From Octopus vulgaris (Eukaryota), in the NCBI GenBank assembly GCA_951406725.2, contig OX597825.1:14756001-14820000 (forward strand): a stretch of DNA of 64,000 nt, read 5' to 3'. Made by a program: the position numbers and the translations under genes. Each line of letters begins with the position of its first letter. Position 1 is the stretch's first letter. Below, piece after piece: positions 38,716 through 53,745 of the stretch. Below the pieces are notes generated by a model. It did no database searches. It worked only from the letters and a program-made list of their open reading frames with translations, and was not told the DNA's origin.

Positions 38716-40499
38716 GCCCGTTCGTATCACCTTCGTTCGGTTACAACTCTTCGCTATAGAATGCCTGTGCTTTGAGTATATTTCTCCTTTTGTCTATGAA
38801 TGTTTATTCCTTGTCTGATAACATAAGTTCGGATACTAGTTTTCTGCTTAAAAGTGATACTTTACGCTGCACATCGTTTCGCTCTCAATTGGCAACCCGT
38901 TGGTAAAGGAGTTTTTATCTATGATATTTTAATTTTTATGATTTTTTCCAAGTTTGAAGATGAGGATAGGCTGATTTTCAGTGGTGTCTGATATTACTGG
39001 AATCCAAAGTGTATTTTATGTCGCAAGCGATGAAAAGCACCGTCATAATTTGAAGGACTCAACAAAAACATTTCTCGGTGAACGGGCTTATGATAGTAAA
39101 ACCGACAAAAGGGTTTCTCAAGAGAGAAGTAACAATATTTTGGAGGGAATAGGACCAATATTTACACCATCGTTTCTACCCTTCATTAGTATACATTGAT
39201 GAAATTAGTAAACATTCACACACATGTGTGTGTATGTTTGTGTGTGTTTGTGTATCTTTGTGTATTTGTCCATGTACGTGCTACAATAAGTGCACCCGTG
39301 GCCATTTATGATGAATTCTATTTCAAAGCGAAATTTTATATACTTTTATTTAAATAAAAATAATGCATTTCGTTCTGCAGCTGTTACAATCTATTGTGGC
39401 TGTTTCATATTTAATAAATACAAAATTTTGCAATTGTAATTTTCATTGACAAAGAGACTGTTGTACGCAATCTGATGCCTCTCGGATGGTTTTCAAATAT
39501 TATTCAGTTGTATTATTATTAAGCGTTACTTTTTGAAAACGATTTGAAACACATCGCGCCTTAAGTGAAAGGAATGTTTCATAATTTTTTTTTAGTCTGC
39601 TGATATTGCAGGTAATATGTATTTTATGCATTGGTTTGCACTTTCGTTTCTCGATGGAATATAAAGACTGTTGTTTTGTTTATATTATTGGCAGCATCCT
39701 TTTTTTTTATTCTTCCGAAATACATGTTTAATTACTTTTCCAATCTTTCAAACTTATGCGTATCTCTTTTTCTAGATTTTGAATACGTTCTATATTTATC
39801 TGAAATTTTCATTTATGTTGCCCAGAAAAAATTAGGTTAATGAGAAGAACACCACTTCATAACTCATTTGAAATAGCTTATAACAAAATATATTAATTCT
39901 TTTTCATTCTCTGAAAATCTTCATGTTGTTAGTTTACACTACATATCTGTTCAAAATCTAAAATATTTAATTTTTTCTCGTGCAATTATCTCCGACATAT
40001 ATCGCGTCCGTGTAATCATGCTGTTTGAAATATTGCGTATTTGGTCAGAATAAGTGAACTCTCGTTGTTTTCATGCGTTAGTGTTTTTATGTTTGTAATG
40101 TCCATAAACGCTAGAAGAAGCTCAACTGGGAAAGCATCACTCATGCAGTCTATGTATGTATATACATACATGCATGCATGCATACATACATATATATAAT
40201 ACAAAAGGGGGACAAGGACGCAAAACATCCAGACAACTAGGTGTTACAAAAAGGGACAACAAAAAATCCAGATAGACGACACAAAAAAAAAAAAACAAGG
40301 ACGGGTAATTCGAAGCTTTTTATCCTTAGTTAAGAATTCGATCATCCTCGCAATTTCAGCTGAATAATCTTCAGATTGCTCCAACCTAGCCAGCCCCAAG
40401 GAAAAAGTAAGCTAAGAGCATTAGATTCCTGGAAAAAAGCATCGAATGTATACGAAAACAAGGACGGAAAAACAGACGATGTTACACGAATATAAATAC

Positions 40500-40555
<56 letters not shown>

Positions 40556-40569
40556 CAATAATAATAGTG

Positions 40570-40623
<54 letters not shown>
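40500..40623. repeat. (AAT)n microsatellite
   Basis: Seen directly. Confidence 0.97.
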
Positions 40624-40627
<4 letters not shown>

Positions 40628-40952
40628 TAAGACATAACACAACAGGTGTATTTAGACTGGGGACGAATTGAATTCAGCTGGCGTGTATGGAAATGAAGCC
40701 TTATGACAGAGATACAAAACTTTCACGAACACATGGAGGAATATCGATGTATCAGTGACCACAGACAAATGCAAAAAGAGGGCTAGCAGTCTAGCCTCTC
40801 TGTCACGTGAGAAGAGAAGACAGAGAAAATGAGGAACAAAAGAATTAAGGAGTCGGAGGAGAGAAGAGAGAGAGACAGACTGACAGACAGAGACAGAGTT
40901 GTAAAAGCAGATGGACAGAAGAATTAAGGAAGGAGGAGAAAAAAAGAGACAG

Positions 40953-40995
<43 letters not shown>

Positions 40996-42064
40996 TATAT
41001 ATATATGTGTGTGTGTGTGTGCACACGTACATACATATGCTATTTTTTGCTTTATGATGTGTAGCTCATGCACTTGTACGACTTTTCTTTTTTCTTTACT
41101 TGTTTCAGGTATTCATAATTTTGCGCATTTAATGACGAAAATACGAATTTGCGATTTTTATGAAAGCATAATTTTTTCATTTAGCCGCCTGCCTGCGTGC
41201 ACTGTTTCGCTACGCAGAAAGAAAAATATATAAGAAACATGAACGTGAATCCACGAATCGTAAAAGGGTGATAAAAAAATGGAAGTTTAAAAGTAAATGA
41301 ATGCGAAATATAGTATTACAATTATGAAGAGTGCCATCAAAAATTTTATGAATGCATTCTCTCTCTCATTCGTACACATGTTGCGCCAGGCATAAGTACT
41401 TCTGAAAGTTTTAATGATAGCAACAAAAGTTTCTAACCTGAACCAAGTCATAAGTATATATCTCATGTACATATTTATGTACAGCTCTTTATTTTCTCAT
41501 TAATGTTTTTCATGACTAAGCTATATCCAGCTGTCTCACCTTCACCTATTTCTGCAGTTTTTCGCAAGAAATTACTTAAATCTACAATGTATATCATTAT
41601 CTTTCCACTATTCGTTTTCTCCTTATTTGCGGTCATAAAATTGTTCTCTATTTCAGTGACTGCTTCGAAATGCTGAAGAACACTAAACAGAAATTTCGCT
41701 CTATGAAAAAATAACAAAATTCAAGACCGTTACAATTCAGCTCTGATGATATCTTCTACATTTGCTAAACCCCTGCTAAATTCCCTCAATGGTGAATTGC
41801 GCAACTGCTGGAATAGGGATTGGCTGAATTTATGCGAATGTAACGTCATAATTTCTGCTGCTTGTCATTTTAATGTGTGATTTATAATTTCAATTAGAAC
41901 GATTCTATGTTCAAATATTAACGTTGTGTTAACTCTTCCTAGAATTGATACTTTGGTATTTGAATCTGCATCATATTTCACGTTAAATGTGAGGCCTATC
42001 AAGTTAACATATAATATATATTTGTTATGAGGCAACGCAATTTCACAGGTATTCTTCAAAATTT

Positions 42065-42226
42065 ACGGAGATGTACTTGCATAGCAAGTGACCTGATCTG
42101 AGATCGTGTGTTGGAACGAAAACAATTGCAGCTTGGAAGGTGTTTATAAGCCATTTAAGAATCACGCAAAATCCATTACATTCACTTCAACATTTAAATT
42201 TAATTTGTCAAACTATTTTCGTCGCT
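42065..42226 (-). mobile_element. Third, diverged copy of the PLE terminal segment, truncated inside the hammerhead
   Basis: Reverse-complement match to ~6954-7113, including GCGACGAAAATAGTTTGACAAA. Confidence 0.85.
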
Positions 42227-42424
42227 TTGAGAATTTGAAATACATATGTATGTGCGTATTATATGAATAATACGCATATACATAAAGACATATACACAAA
42301 CCTACAAATCCTCGTACACACAACTAAGTGTCTGCACAAAAATAAGTACCAAGTATTTATTTCAAAGTCATAGGCTCATAAGGTTGGTTTCCCGGATTTT
42401 GCAGCATACAAGGAGAGGTGGGAA

Positions 42425-42690
42425 GTGAATAGAACACGATCATTACACGAGGACGAAGAAGCACCAAATGTAGTACGAGAACTTTTACTCTGGAGCCCAG
42501 ATCATGGACCCGGCAAGCTTCGGAGACATCGTCTGACATCCGACGACAGCCTGAAAGAGTGGGCAAGGTTGTATATTATTCACGAACTGAAGGTGGTGAT
42601 GATGGGTCGAGTTGTTTGACTGATTACAACAGATAGCGGCGACCAGGCAGGAGCTCTGCCAATGTAGCAAAAGCCAACATTAAGTAAGCC
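42425..42690 (+). mobile_element. 3' end of an RTE-like LINE
   Basis: VVRELLLWSPDHGPGKLRRHRLTSDDSLKEWARL..ELKVVMMGR resembles the LLLWxPxHG.R.RGRP..T..D.L..D.G....EL...M.DR C-terminus; short TAAG tail. Confidence 0.65.
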
Positions 42691-45600
42691 AATATTATGT
42701 ATGTATGTATGTATGTATGCATATGTGTATGTGTGTGTGTGCGTGTGTGTGTGTGTGTGCGTGTGTGTAATTGTGAAAGAGTACAACAAAAGTTAAGGCA
42801 AGGCAAACATCCTAAACATTCAAATTCATACATCTTTTTTTGCAATATCTCCGAGTATGGGATATTCCGTCAACAGAAACAAATAGGAGATAATATGGGA
42901 AATGAGAATGGTATATATTAAAGAGATCACGACATAGAAGTAAGGGAGTAAAAGAATAAAGAGAGGGAAAGACAGAAGAAAAAGGAAGCGTAAAAGTTTA
43001 TCATTCAACTGTCCGAACTTATAGAAACAAAAGCACAAGCCCTTAAGTGCAATCCTGCGTAGATCCACGTGCGTTAATGTCCAGATAAAGTAGATATCCA
43101 TAGAAAAAAGACGCGAATACATCAACGTTCAATAGAATGGTAGCGGAGGAGGCTATCAAATAGTAAAAGGAAAGAAAAGAAATGAAATAGAATGAGAGTA
43201 AGGTGGGGGAATTTTTGGATTGGCTATAGGATAAAGTAAGCTGTTGTGTATAGCGTAGCCGGGAAGATAAGAGAAAGGATGAGGAGGTGGTGGAAGATAG
43301 CGTTTTAAAAACACAGAGTAAAATTAAAGGAATTTAGAGAGGGTAGTAGGTGTCTGTGTTAGTCTTAATGTCTATAGGTATTGGGGAGAAAAATCTAGTA
43401 GTAATTCCTTGTGTCCGTACTAGATAAGTTCAGTGGCTGCAGAGTTATTTTTAGCAATAGGGTTATGGGTATGTAAGTAGTCGACAAAGGAAGAGCTCGT
43501 TGAATGTTAAATTATCTATGAGTGGGAGTAAGAGTTGGCGATTAGGGGATTTATCGGGTTAAGGATTAAAAATAAAATAATATTATAGACTTAATATTTA
43601 TCTCATAAAGTGATGAGCAAAGTTAGACAGAAGAGATGTAAGCTATAAGGTAGAAATAAGAACTGTAGATATATAGGAGATATAGAAAGATATAGAGGGG
43701 TAAGCACAAATTCTTCCTCACTTTAAATTCTTTCATAAATCTAAATGTAAGTTCATCCCCAGCCCCACGAATAGCACCCACATACAAACCCCCATAGTTA
43801 TTAACAGATACCCCTCTATATCTTTTCTATATCTTTGGATGTCTACCTTATCAGGATTTAACCCACGTGGATCTGCGCAGGATTGCACCTAAGGACTTTA
43901 GCATTTGTGTACATCCAGTTTGGGCTTCTCCTGAGAAGGGACGATATAACACTAGTATAAATGAAAATGTGTTCTCTTACTAAATTACTTACCTTACACC
44001 TTTCTGTTTACATCTCGCGCTTTATCTCTCCCTCTTCCCTCTCTCTCTCTCTCTCTTTCTCTCTCTCTGATATATATACATGTGTTCGGATTTCTATCCA
44101 TAACTGTTTCTTTTTAAGAATGATTACCTGGTTTACGTATATCACCCCTGTATGTGAATGTACGTAACGTAGTGATTTAAAAAGTGGAGTTTAATGCAGA
44201 AAGCTAAGCCAACAATATGTAATAATTTCTTGAGAGTATTGCTATTTGTAAAATTGAGTGCAACTACACTTCAGTAATTCTACAGCATTTTGAAATTCAT
44301 CTGTAAAGTATGTTCGTTTTCCATATATATATATATATATATAACATACATTTAAATACAGATATCTCTGTTGATGACAATATCTTCTTAACAATAAATG
44401 ATGCATTAGTTTAAATTTCTTTTATTGAATCAGTGTAATTCAGGTCCGATACACATGGAACTATTTCAATTCACAGTTAGTATTTCAAGTACACTAACGC
44501 TATTTCGATCTACAATTCATTTAGTAGAAAGCAACTTGCTGTCGTGATACTTATATTTATATCACTATTTTATAGATCCGAAAATATTCAGAAATGAAAT
44601 ATCTTGAAATCAACTTTTATTCAATAGTGCTGTCATACATTTGCTACGACAAAGTCTAAATCGTTGTAGAAATCCTTATCTCCTACATCATTTGTAATTA
44701 ATGACCAGTGTGTGGGCTGACTTGTTAAAGTGCTTCACGTCAATTATTATGACATTTCTGATATAATTTATAACTTTATTGAGTGCTAAGATCTCAATGT
44801 AAATACAATGAAGCGTACGGCTAGATGTATGACACCTAGTATTGTTACAAAACTGGCAGCTGACCCAATACGCCATCTGTTCCGGATGCAACACTATTTT
44901 CTTTTATATTCAAAATTTTAAATCAGGCATGCTTTTCTCATAAATTTTTTTTCCTGGATTCAAGATTCTAACATCATTCTAGGAGAGACGAATTTTCAGC
45001 TAACGAACCCATTATGTCACTCGTCATTTATGTTTTTTTGACATGAATTCGATAAACATTAAAAAGTCTAATATAAATAATCAAATTTTAACTTATGCTT
45101 GTGACTGTTTGAGCGCTTCGTTATTTTCCTTTTTCTAACAATATAGATTTTGTGTGATAAATTCTTAAAAGCGACATATATAAATTATAAAGAAATCAAG
45201 CATAATATTCCTAAAAACATTGTTTAACATATTGTAAAATGAGGTTAACAATTATAATACAGCCAGTTTTTGTGTATTTGAGCAATCTACGTGTTTTTAG
45301 CAATAAATTTACCATCAATAAAATTCTTTTGCAAGCACATATCTCATTTAGTAGTCTGCCAAATAAATCACATAAGTATTGTGGTAACTTACTTTCGTGA
45401 CAGAAACATCAGATGTCAGGAAATATATTTGTAACCACATCTTTTAATGAAGAATTCAACTTAAATTATCTGACATTAAGCTATTATAAAGAGCAGTAAA
45501 CATTATTTCCACACAAAAAAAAAAAAAGTCCATTTTAGATTTCTTAATCAAAATCAATACAAACAACAACAGAAAATACTATTAAACTTGTGGCTATAAA

Positions 45601-48600
45601 ACATAAATAGCAACAAACGTGCACAAATGTCATTGAACGTCAATATTTTATGCCAAGTAAAACGTATATTTCTGGCAAATATTCTATTTAAAACAGTAGA
45701 TACCGTCTTAATATTTCATTGTATTTTTACTTTGATTTATATAAAATATAATATTTTTTGGCTTTTGTTTGTTTCTGAATTTGAAAGGAAAATGTAATAT
45801 TAATAAAATTAAACAATTGTTTAACTATAATATGTTTCTTAAGGGAAAACATTCCGTAGTAATGTGTTCAAAACTTGTATGGGCCGATTGTCCATTTTTT
45901 CGATGCGCATAAATACATATACACATCTCAATTGCTATCTACAACCATTTTCCGCCGTCTAGAATGAACCCAATACTCAAATTTCTGACACCCCCAAAAA
46001 AAAACCGTGTCCGCCTCCGTAAACATTATTTCTCTTGCTTCTCACATTTCTCAACTTTTATCCTTTAGATATCAAATTTAAAATCTCTCAGCGTTTCTGG
46101 TTTTAAGTCTCTATTTCTTATATCCTCAAATATGTTTGTTCCTTCTGTCTGTCTCTGAACTCCTCAAATATGCAGTATCTCGTTGAGTATGATGCTCCTA
46201 GATTTAGAAATTTTATTTAACCACTCGTTTATCTGAAGAAATCGTCTTCAGTAAATTCCGATCCATCTTAATCCCGACTGCTCTTACTACTCAACCCATA
46301 TTCATTTAGCCGGTGTAGCAGCCAAATACTTTTATTTGTCAGCTTTGGAAACCAAATTTACATCTGTGTTTCAGGTTTCAAAGCGGCACAAAGAGTCTCC
46401 AAACACCACTATTATTTTAAAACATAACTGCTGTTGAGGATGTCATCTGGCCAGTGTATCAGTGTCATTGCCTAACACTTAATCACATACAAGTCATAAC
46501 CCTTCCCAACGGAACGTATCACACTTCAAGTTATCCGAGCAGTCGGAGTTCCATCAGTTTTACGTGATTTGTCCATGACAGAATGTCTTCTGCTAGGAAT
46601 CAGTATGCAAAGCTGGCTTCGGGGGTAACCTAGACCATCATTTTTGACGTGTCCGTTTGCATTCTACACACAATAACCAAGGTTTCACGTGTGGTTTTCA
46701 TGTAGTTGTGTAGGAGACGAAAATATGGTAGGCAATAGCGAATCTCACTTGTTTCTAACACCTGGGTCGTTTTTCACCCAGCAGCTTAAATTTTGTCACA
46801 TCACTATCATGTGCACAAGTACTGCTGTTTATTTATTTATCAAACAGCCCTTCAGAAACCCCACCTGCCAGATTGCAATCGTTCCTTTTCTCATTTACTA
46901 AAAGAATGTCCATCACTTTTATGGCATCATTTGATCCAATTAAGAGATGATTACTTTGCTAGCGATATACCACTCAAAAACGCTGTCGTTACTCTCTAAT
47001 TTTCATTCAACTACACATTACACACCTCTGTCCAATTTGTTTCAGTCTAATCCATTCAATTCCAATCTTGCTCCTCACATTAAATACATCTACAAATTTG
47101 AAAACATTTGTAGTTGTTACAATTAATCGAGAACACTGGGCGCGATAATACATCACAAAATCTGAATCAACATAAAATTAGACGCATGCTTATTGAAGTT
47201 GCAAGGACAACCGTTTCTTTTTTGCCGCATCTGTAGTTGAATCTGAGATCACAAATGGACCAAATGGGATCCAGTAATCCGAGTTCTGTAGTTTATCATA
47301 CAACGTATCCAGAACGATACCATTACGTGTTAGTCTCATTCCTAGGAACTTGATTTAGAGGAACGTCCTACCTCTGCTTATCACATCTCTCAACTGCCTA
47401 TAGCCTTTTTCATTGACTTCGCCACAGAACTCATAGTGCGCTAAGTTAGTGGTCACAGCAATGAAATTTCCCAACCACACAAGGCAACAATTTTAGAGAA
47501 TTAGATAGACAATATGAAAAGCTCTACATGTACGAGGACCCACCATCTTAGAGCTGGGTTTAAGCTTATTTTATTTTATTGACCCCATTATTTAAATGGT
47601 AGGCCTTGCATCAAATCAGGAAGGAACGTAAGTGAATTATTTGTTAGTTCGTTAACCAGTAAAACAGTGAACAAATAATAGCAGTAATGGAATCTGGAGA
47701 AATAAACCACTCCGTCTCTGTTATCGTAACATATCAAATGATGTTGTAAATATGCTACTTAACGTCCGCGTTTTAACAATTTTAGCTTCGATCAATTCAT
47801 TTTCTTTTCCCCTTTTTTACTGTTTTACGGTTTATCGGTCTACGATGATTATACCGTTTTCAGTGTTAATGCAGATGATTGTCTGAGAGATAAAAGAACA
47901 AAGAGAGATAGAAGAGATGCTTTGATTTTCATTGAAAATTTCTAGCGGAAATTTAGAGTTTATTTGATATCTTCCGAATATTAACTTTGTATTTAACAAA
48001 ACATTTTTGATGCATCTCCTAAAAAAGAAACTGTCTCAGCATATTTGCATCTAAGTGAACCACATACAGATCACTCACGAATTATTGTATACAGATGTAT
48101 ACTTATTTCCAGGCACGAATATACACGTAATTGCGTGCGTTGGAACATACACACTCTCGCGATTAATGTCGAGTAAGATTATAGAAAATTACTGATATCG
48201 TTGTATCAATGCAGAGTGCAGCCTCTAAATCGATAGTAATTGCAATTTTATTGTATAACCAATAGACAAAAGTATGTGACATCCATTAACACAATAACAA
48301 TGTAACTAACTACAAGCACAGAGTCAAAGGTGCAGCTGGCCAAGGAGAATATCAAAACTGGAGACGTGTAACAGAATAGTTATTGCAATGGTATTAAATA
48401 TAGGTTTACATACTTTAGATTTCCTCATTAAATTGTCTTCGTCTGAAGCTCGACACTTTTATTATCTTAAAAAAAAGATAACCCTTGTTAATATTTCATT
48501 GCTATTACAGCATATTTCATACACACATCTATTCATATCTCATTCTTTCTTGCTCTGTCTTGCTCTCCCATTCTATATTGCTCTTTCTTTCTCTGTATAT

Positions 48601-48692
48601 ATATACATATATATATATATATATACATGTGTGTTTATCTACATATATATATAAACATAGCTATATAAAATATATATATATATATATGTATG

Positions 48693-48727
<35 letters not shown>

Positions 48728-49061
48728 TTATATATATATATAAACATAGCTATATGAAATATATATACACAAAACGCTAAGACAGAAGGAACTAAAGGCA
48801 GGTGTGTTTGTTTAACACTCAGGAAGAATGGAAAAGTCTTGGACATTTCGAGCCTATGCTCTTCGAAGGAAAGGATTAAGAGGGGAAAAATCGAAGAGAG
48901 AAGTATACGAAAGGGAGAGAGAAAATGTGTACGGATTAACGGTTGGACATGACGAAAGATCCAGAAGAAAGAGACTGAGTGAAAGGGAAATAATAAGAGT
49001 GACCCGGTCGAACTAGAGTACGCATGCGCGTGTGTGTATGTGAGAATAATATGTGTGTGTG

Positions 49062-49461
49062 ACTCTTTTACTTGTTTCAGTCATTTGACTGTGGCCATGC
49101 TGGAGCACCGCCTTTAGTCGAGCAAATCGACCCCGGGAATTATTCTTTGTAAGCCCAGTACTTATTTTATCGGTCTCTTTTGCCGAACCGCTAAGTGACG
49201 GGGACGTAAACACACCATCATCGGTTGTCAAGCAATGCTAGGGGGGACAAACACAGACACACAAACACAAACACACACATACATATACATATACACGACA
49301 GGCTTCTTTCAGTTTCAGTCTACCAAATCCACTCACAAGGCATTGGTTGGCCGGGGGCTATAGCAGAAGACACTTGCCCAAGATGCCACGCAGTGGGACT
49401 GAACCCGGAACCATGTGGTTGGTTAGCAAGCTACTTACCACACAGCCACTGCTTGCGCCTA
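49062..49461 (-). mobile_element. SINE family A
   Basis: Reverse-complement match to family A. Confidence 0.92.
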
Positions 49462-49844
49462 TATATATGAATGGGATAAATGGATGTGAATGTATGTGAG
49501 TGCGAGCTAAAAATTATGTGGGCTTATTTGTGTGTATGTGAATAATTTGTGGAGTGATGAGCGTTTCTTGTATTGCAGAATGTGCCACAGATGTAACAAA
49601 AGGAAACAAAGTAGATCTTTTGGTTCCCATTATTGATGTAAATTTGTTAAAAGAAATGGTTTAGCCTTTACGTTTGAAGTCTATGCGGTCATCTGACAAG
49701 TACGGCTTCTTTCAAATTGATGTAATGTTTCAGTGGTAAGTATTTTTTTTCTGTGACAATACGTAGCTAAATAAAAGAGGTGAAACTCTATAATAAATAG
49801 AAAAATATTATTCAGTAACAGTACTCTGGATTAAAGCTTATTTG

Positions 49845-50309
49845 CCTACATAATGTGGCAGTCCTGATTAGGACAATTGTTCCTGTTATTTAACCCTAGG
49901 AAACATCGTCTCCAGCTACCTATACGACACACTATCTGCGTCATTATATTTTCGAACAAGGTAATTGAGCGTCCTCACGCGGCCCAAAGCAATATCTGCG
50001 TACCAAAGCTTTCTGGGTTATTTCCCTCAGAATAATTGCTCGGCTGCGTGTCGTTCTGCACGTATATATTTCGAACAGGAGTTTAGTGGTGCCATCTCTA
50101 ACCAAGTAGTTATTCTGTGCTGATGAAGTGAAATAACCTAGAAACCACTGGTAAGCAGATATTGCTTTGGGTTGAGTGGGAGCACTAAAGTCCCTTGTTG
50201 GAAAACATAAGGACGTAGATTGTCCGTCGTACAGCCAGCTGGAGACGATGTTTCCTGGGGCTAAGTAACAGTAACAATCCTCCTAACAAGGGCTGCCACA
50301 TTATGTGGG
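49845..50309. repeat. Old fold-back element with ~200-bp diverged inverted arms
   Basis: ACATAATGTGGCAG..AGGAAACATCGTCTCCAGCT..CCCAAAGCAATATCTGC all found in reverse complement in the right half. Confidence 0.85.
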
Positions 50310-50464
50310 TCAGTAATCATTGCTTTAAAATCTATAATATTATAAATATATCTTTTCTATTCTTAAAGTACTAGATGACAACTATTTAAAAGAAATTTTT
50401 GCGAATATGTGGCTTACATTCACAAAGATGGTACGTTTCAAATTTGGGTGTCTCTTTCATTTCC

Positions 50465-51112
<648 letters not shown>

Positions 51113-51535
51113 AGATTATAAACTTTTTTCCCATATTTTAAATGGACGTAAGCATAGTGATTTCCATCATCAGAGAATTGTCAGTTGAGATATAAGAATG
51201 TCCACAATGTGGTTTCTAACATTGTCTTAGCCGGTTCTAATTTCAGGGCAGTTTGCATTAGAATATCTGACCAACTTTCCCGTTTTATAAAATTTTCGAT
51301 GAGTTTCTCACGAAGATGATGAGAAAATTTGAAACCTGAAATGTGTATTAGATAACCACCTACTTATTTACTATCCGGTGCGAAAATTAAACGTATGATC
51401 AGAAATTACGACCATACGATATATAAGGCTGTTTAGTTTCACTTGCATACTCATTTTATTCACAAATATATGCGTGCCTAGTTTTTATGACTTAAGGAGT
51501 GTCAGACTATGAGTCACCTACAATATATACATATA

Positions 51536-51821
51536 TACTAAGTAATTAAGGGTTTACCTCACCACACACCGGTTTTAGAAATAGCAGTCAAAAAGTTTTG
51601 GCTATTCTTTCTACTTAAACGTACGTCCGTAGGTGACTTAATATAGAATGATTTTCGTCATTTCTTTCTCTTTTGCCTGCTTTCTCGTTTGCTTTTTAAG
51701 TGCTTTGGTTTTACTGGGATCTCCCTTTTAAGTAGAAAGAATAGCCAAAACCTTTTGACTGCTATTTCTAAATTCGGTGTGTGGTGAGGCAAATCGTTGC
51801 TAAACCCTTAATTACTTAGTA
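51536..51821. repeat. Inverted repeat, ~85-95-bp arms, ~107-bp spacer
   Basis: Arms 51536-51619 and 51727-51821; right arm carries an ~11-nt insertion. Confidence 0.9.
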
Positions 51822-51918
51822 TTACTTAAACCTTCCTTGAATGGGGCTTTTACATGCCGAACTCTACTTGGTGAAATTAATGACTATTTCTAGATTAATT
51901 AATTTCACCCTTTATTAT

Positions 51919-51968
<50 letters not shown>

Positions 51969-52338
51969 ATATATATATACATATATACGAAGAATGAGGG
52001 TTTAGTTCACAGGTGATCTAAATGATTAGATACACTAGGTAAGTGCTGTAACAGATTACTAGGGCCCGTAATACATACAAACATACATACACACACACGC
52101 ACATACATATATACATACAAACATCCATGTACATAAATACACAAATAGACATATGGAGTGATAGATACATAGACAGACAGATAGACAGATAAAGAGAGAG
52201 ACGACGTACATGCACGTGAGTGAGCACGTATGAGTATGCATATACATATGTATATACACACATACACGCATATATATATATATACATATATATACATATA
52301 TGCATATACATATATATATATACACACAGCTATATAAC

Positions 52339-52534
52339 CTTTTAGCCTTTTACTTGTTTCAGTCATTTGACTGCGGCCATGCTGGAGCACCGACTTTAGT
52401 TGAGCAACTCGACCCCGAGTCTTATTCTTTTTGTAAGCCCAGTACTTATTCTATCGGTCTCTTTTTGCCGAACCGCTAAGTGACGGAGACGTAAACACAC
52501 CAGCATCGGTTGTCAAGCAATGCTAGGTGGACAA

Positions 52535-52569
<35 letters not shown>

Positions 52570-52753
52570 CGACAGGCTTCTTTCAGTTTCCGTCTACCAA
52601 ATCCACTCACAAGGCATTGGTCGGCCCGGGTCTATAGCAAAATACACCTGCCCAAGATGTCACGCAGTGGGACTGAACCCGGAACCATGTGGTTGGTTAG
52701 CAAGCTACTTACCACACAGCCACTCCTGCGCCTATAGCCACTCCTGCGCCTAT
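52339..52753 (-). mobile_element. SINE family A with an 18-bp duplication of its head
   Basis: AGCCACTCCTGCGCCTAT occurs twice in tandem. Confidence 0.92.
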
Positions 52754-53422
52754 ATATGTATGTATATATAAATATACATATGTGTGTGTGTGTGTGTATG
52801 CATACATATATGTATGTCTCTCTCTCTATATATATATGTATATATATATATATAAATATATACATATACTTGTACAAAAAACTAGCAAGAAAGGGAGCGA
52901 AGGAGAGTATTATACAAGCGGTTAGATATAAACACAAATAATACGCAGAACGTATTGCCGTATATGTTAACGTAAAAGAAATCTAACGCGAAAACCATGG
53001 ATGTTTTTTGTCTACATTGCACAGAAGTTCAATTGTGATCCAGCAGATATCAAAGTAAAGTAAGCCATAGAGAATACAATTAATCCAATTGTGTCTCTTT
53101 GCATGTAAATATACTTCTTATGGAATTGCTGATTAGATAGACGCCAATTCATTACATTGTTTTGTCTGGTTTACTTATTGGACTGGTTTTCTAGTTACAA
53201 TATAACTGCAAAATTTTCAATTTGTGAGGTTAACCAATTTGCTTTATTTTCTTCTAGAATCCTACAAATTTAGCATACGAGACACATAATCCGCAGGGAG
53301 TGCTATAATGATGATATTGCATGTGATATCAGCAAATTTGGTGAAGATATTGTCACTCCTACTACAACTATTACAACCAGAGCTGCTACTAAAAACACTA
53401 GATGATGATGATGATAATAATG

Positions 53423-53515
<93 letters not shown>

Positions 53516-53589
53516 TTAATGACTGTCTCTCGATGGTGTTCATATCAGTTCTTCGGGTGCAGGATACCGTAAGTGAAGGCGTATTATTT

Positions 53590-53624
53590 TATCATTATTT
53601 TATTATTGTTGATATTGTTGTTGA

Positions 53625-53670
<46 letters not shown>

Positions 53671-53745
53671 GTTATTATTTTCATTAGCATCTTCCCTCAA
53701 TTCTCTTTCCATTTCTTGCCGAGTGTCTTCCTGACACCTAGGTCA
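53590..53745 (-). mobile_element. Possible 3' tail of a (TAA)n-tailed non-LTR element (Dong/R4-like)
   Basis: Minus strand: CCTAGGTGTCAGGAAGACACTCGGCAAGAAATGG.. followed by (TAA)n; no coding evidence, so the assignment is tentative. Confidence 0.3.

Noticed and set aside
40345-40385. CTGAAGA..GAAA on the minus strand
   Set aside because: No stem II and no U-H; not a credible hammerhead in this copy
44688-44894. Zinc finger suggested by WVSCQFC
   Set aside because: Remaining ligand spacing does not fit PHD or CW fingers; no other support
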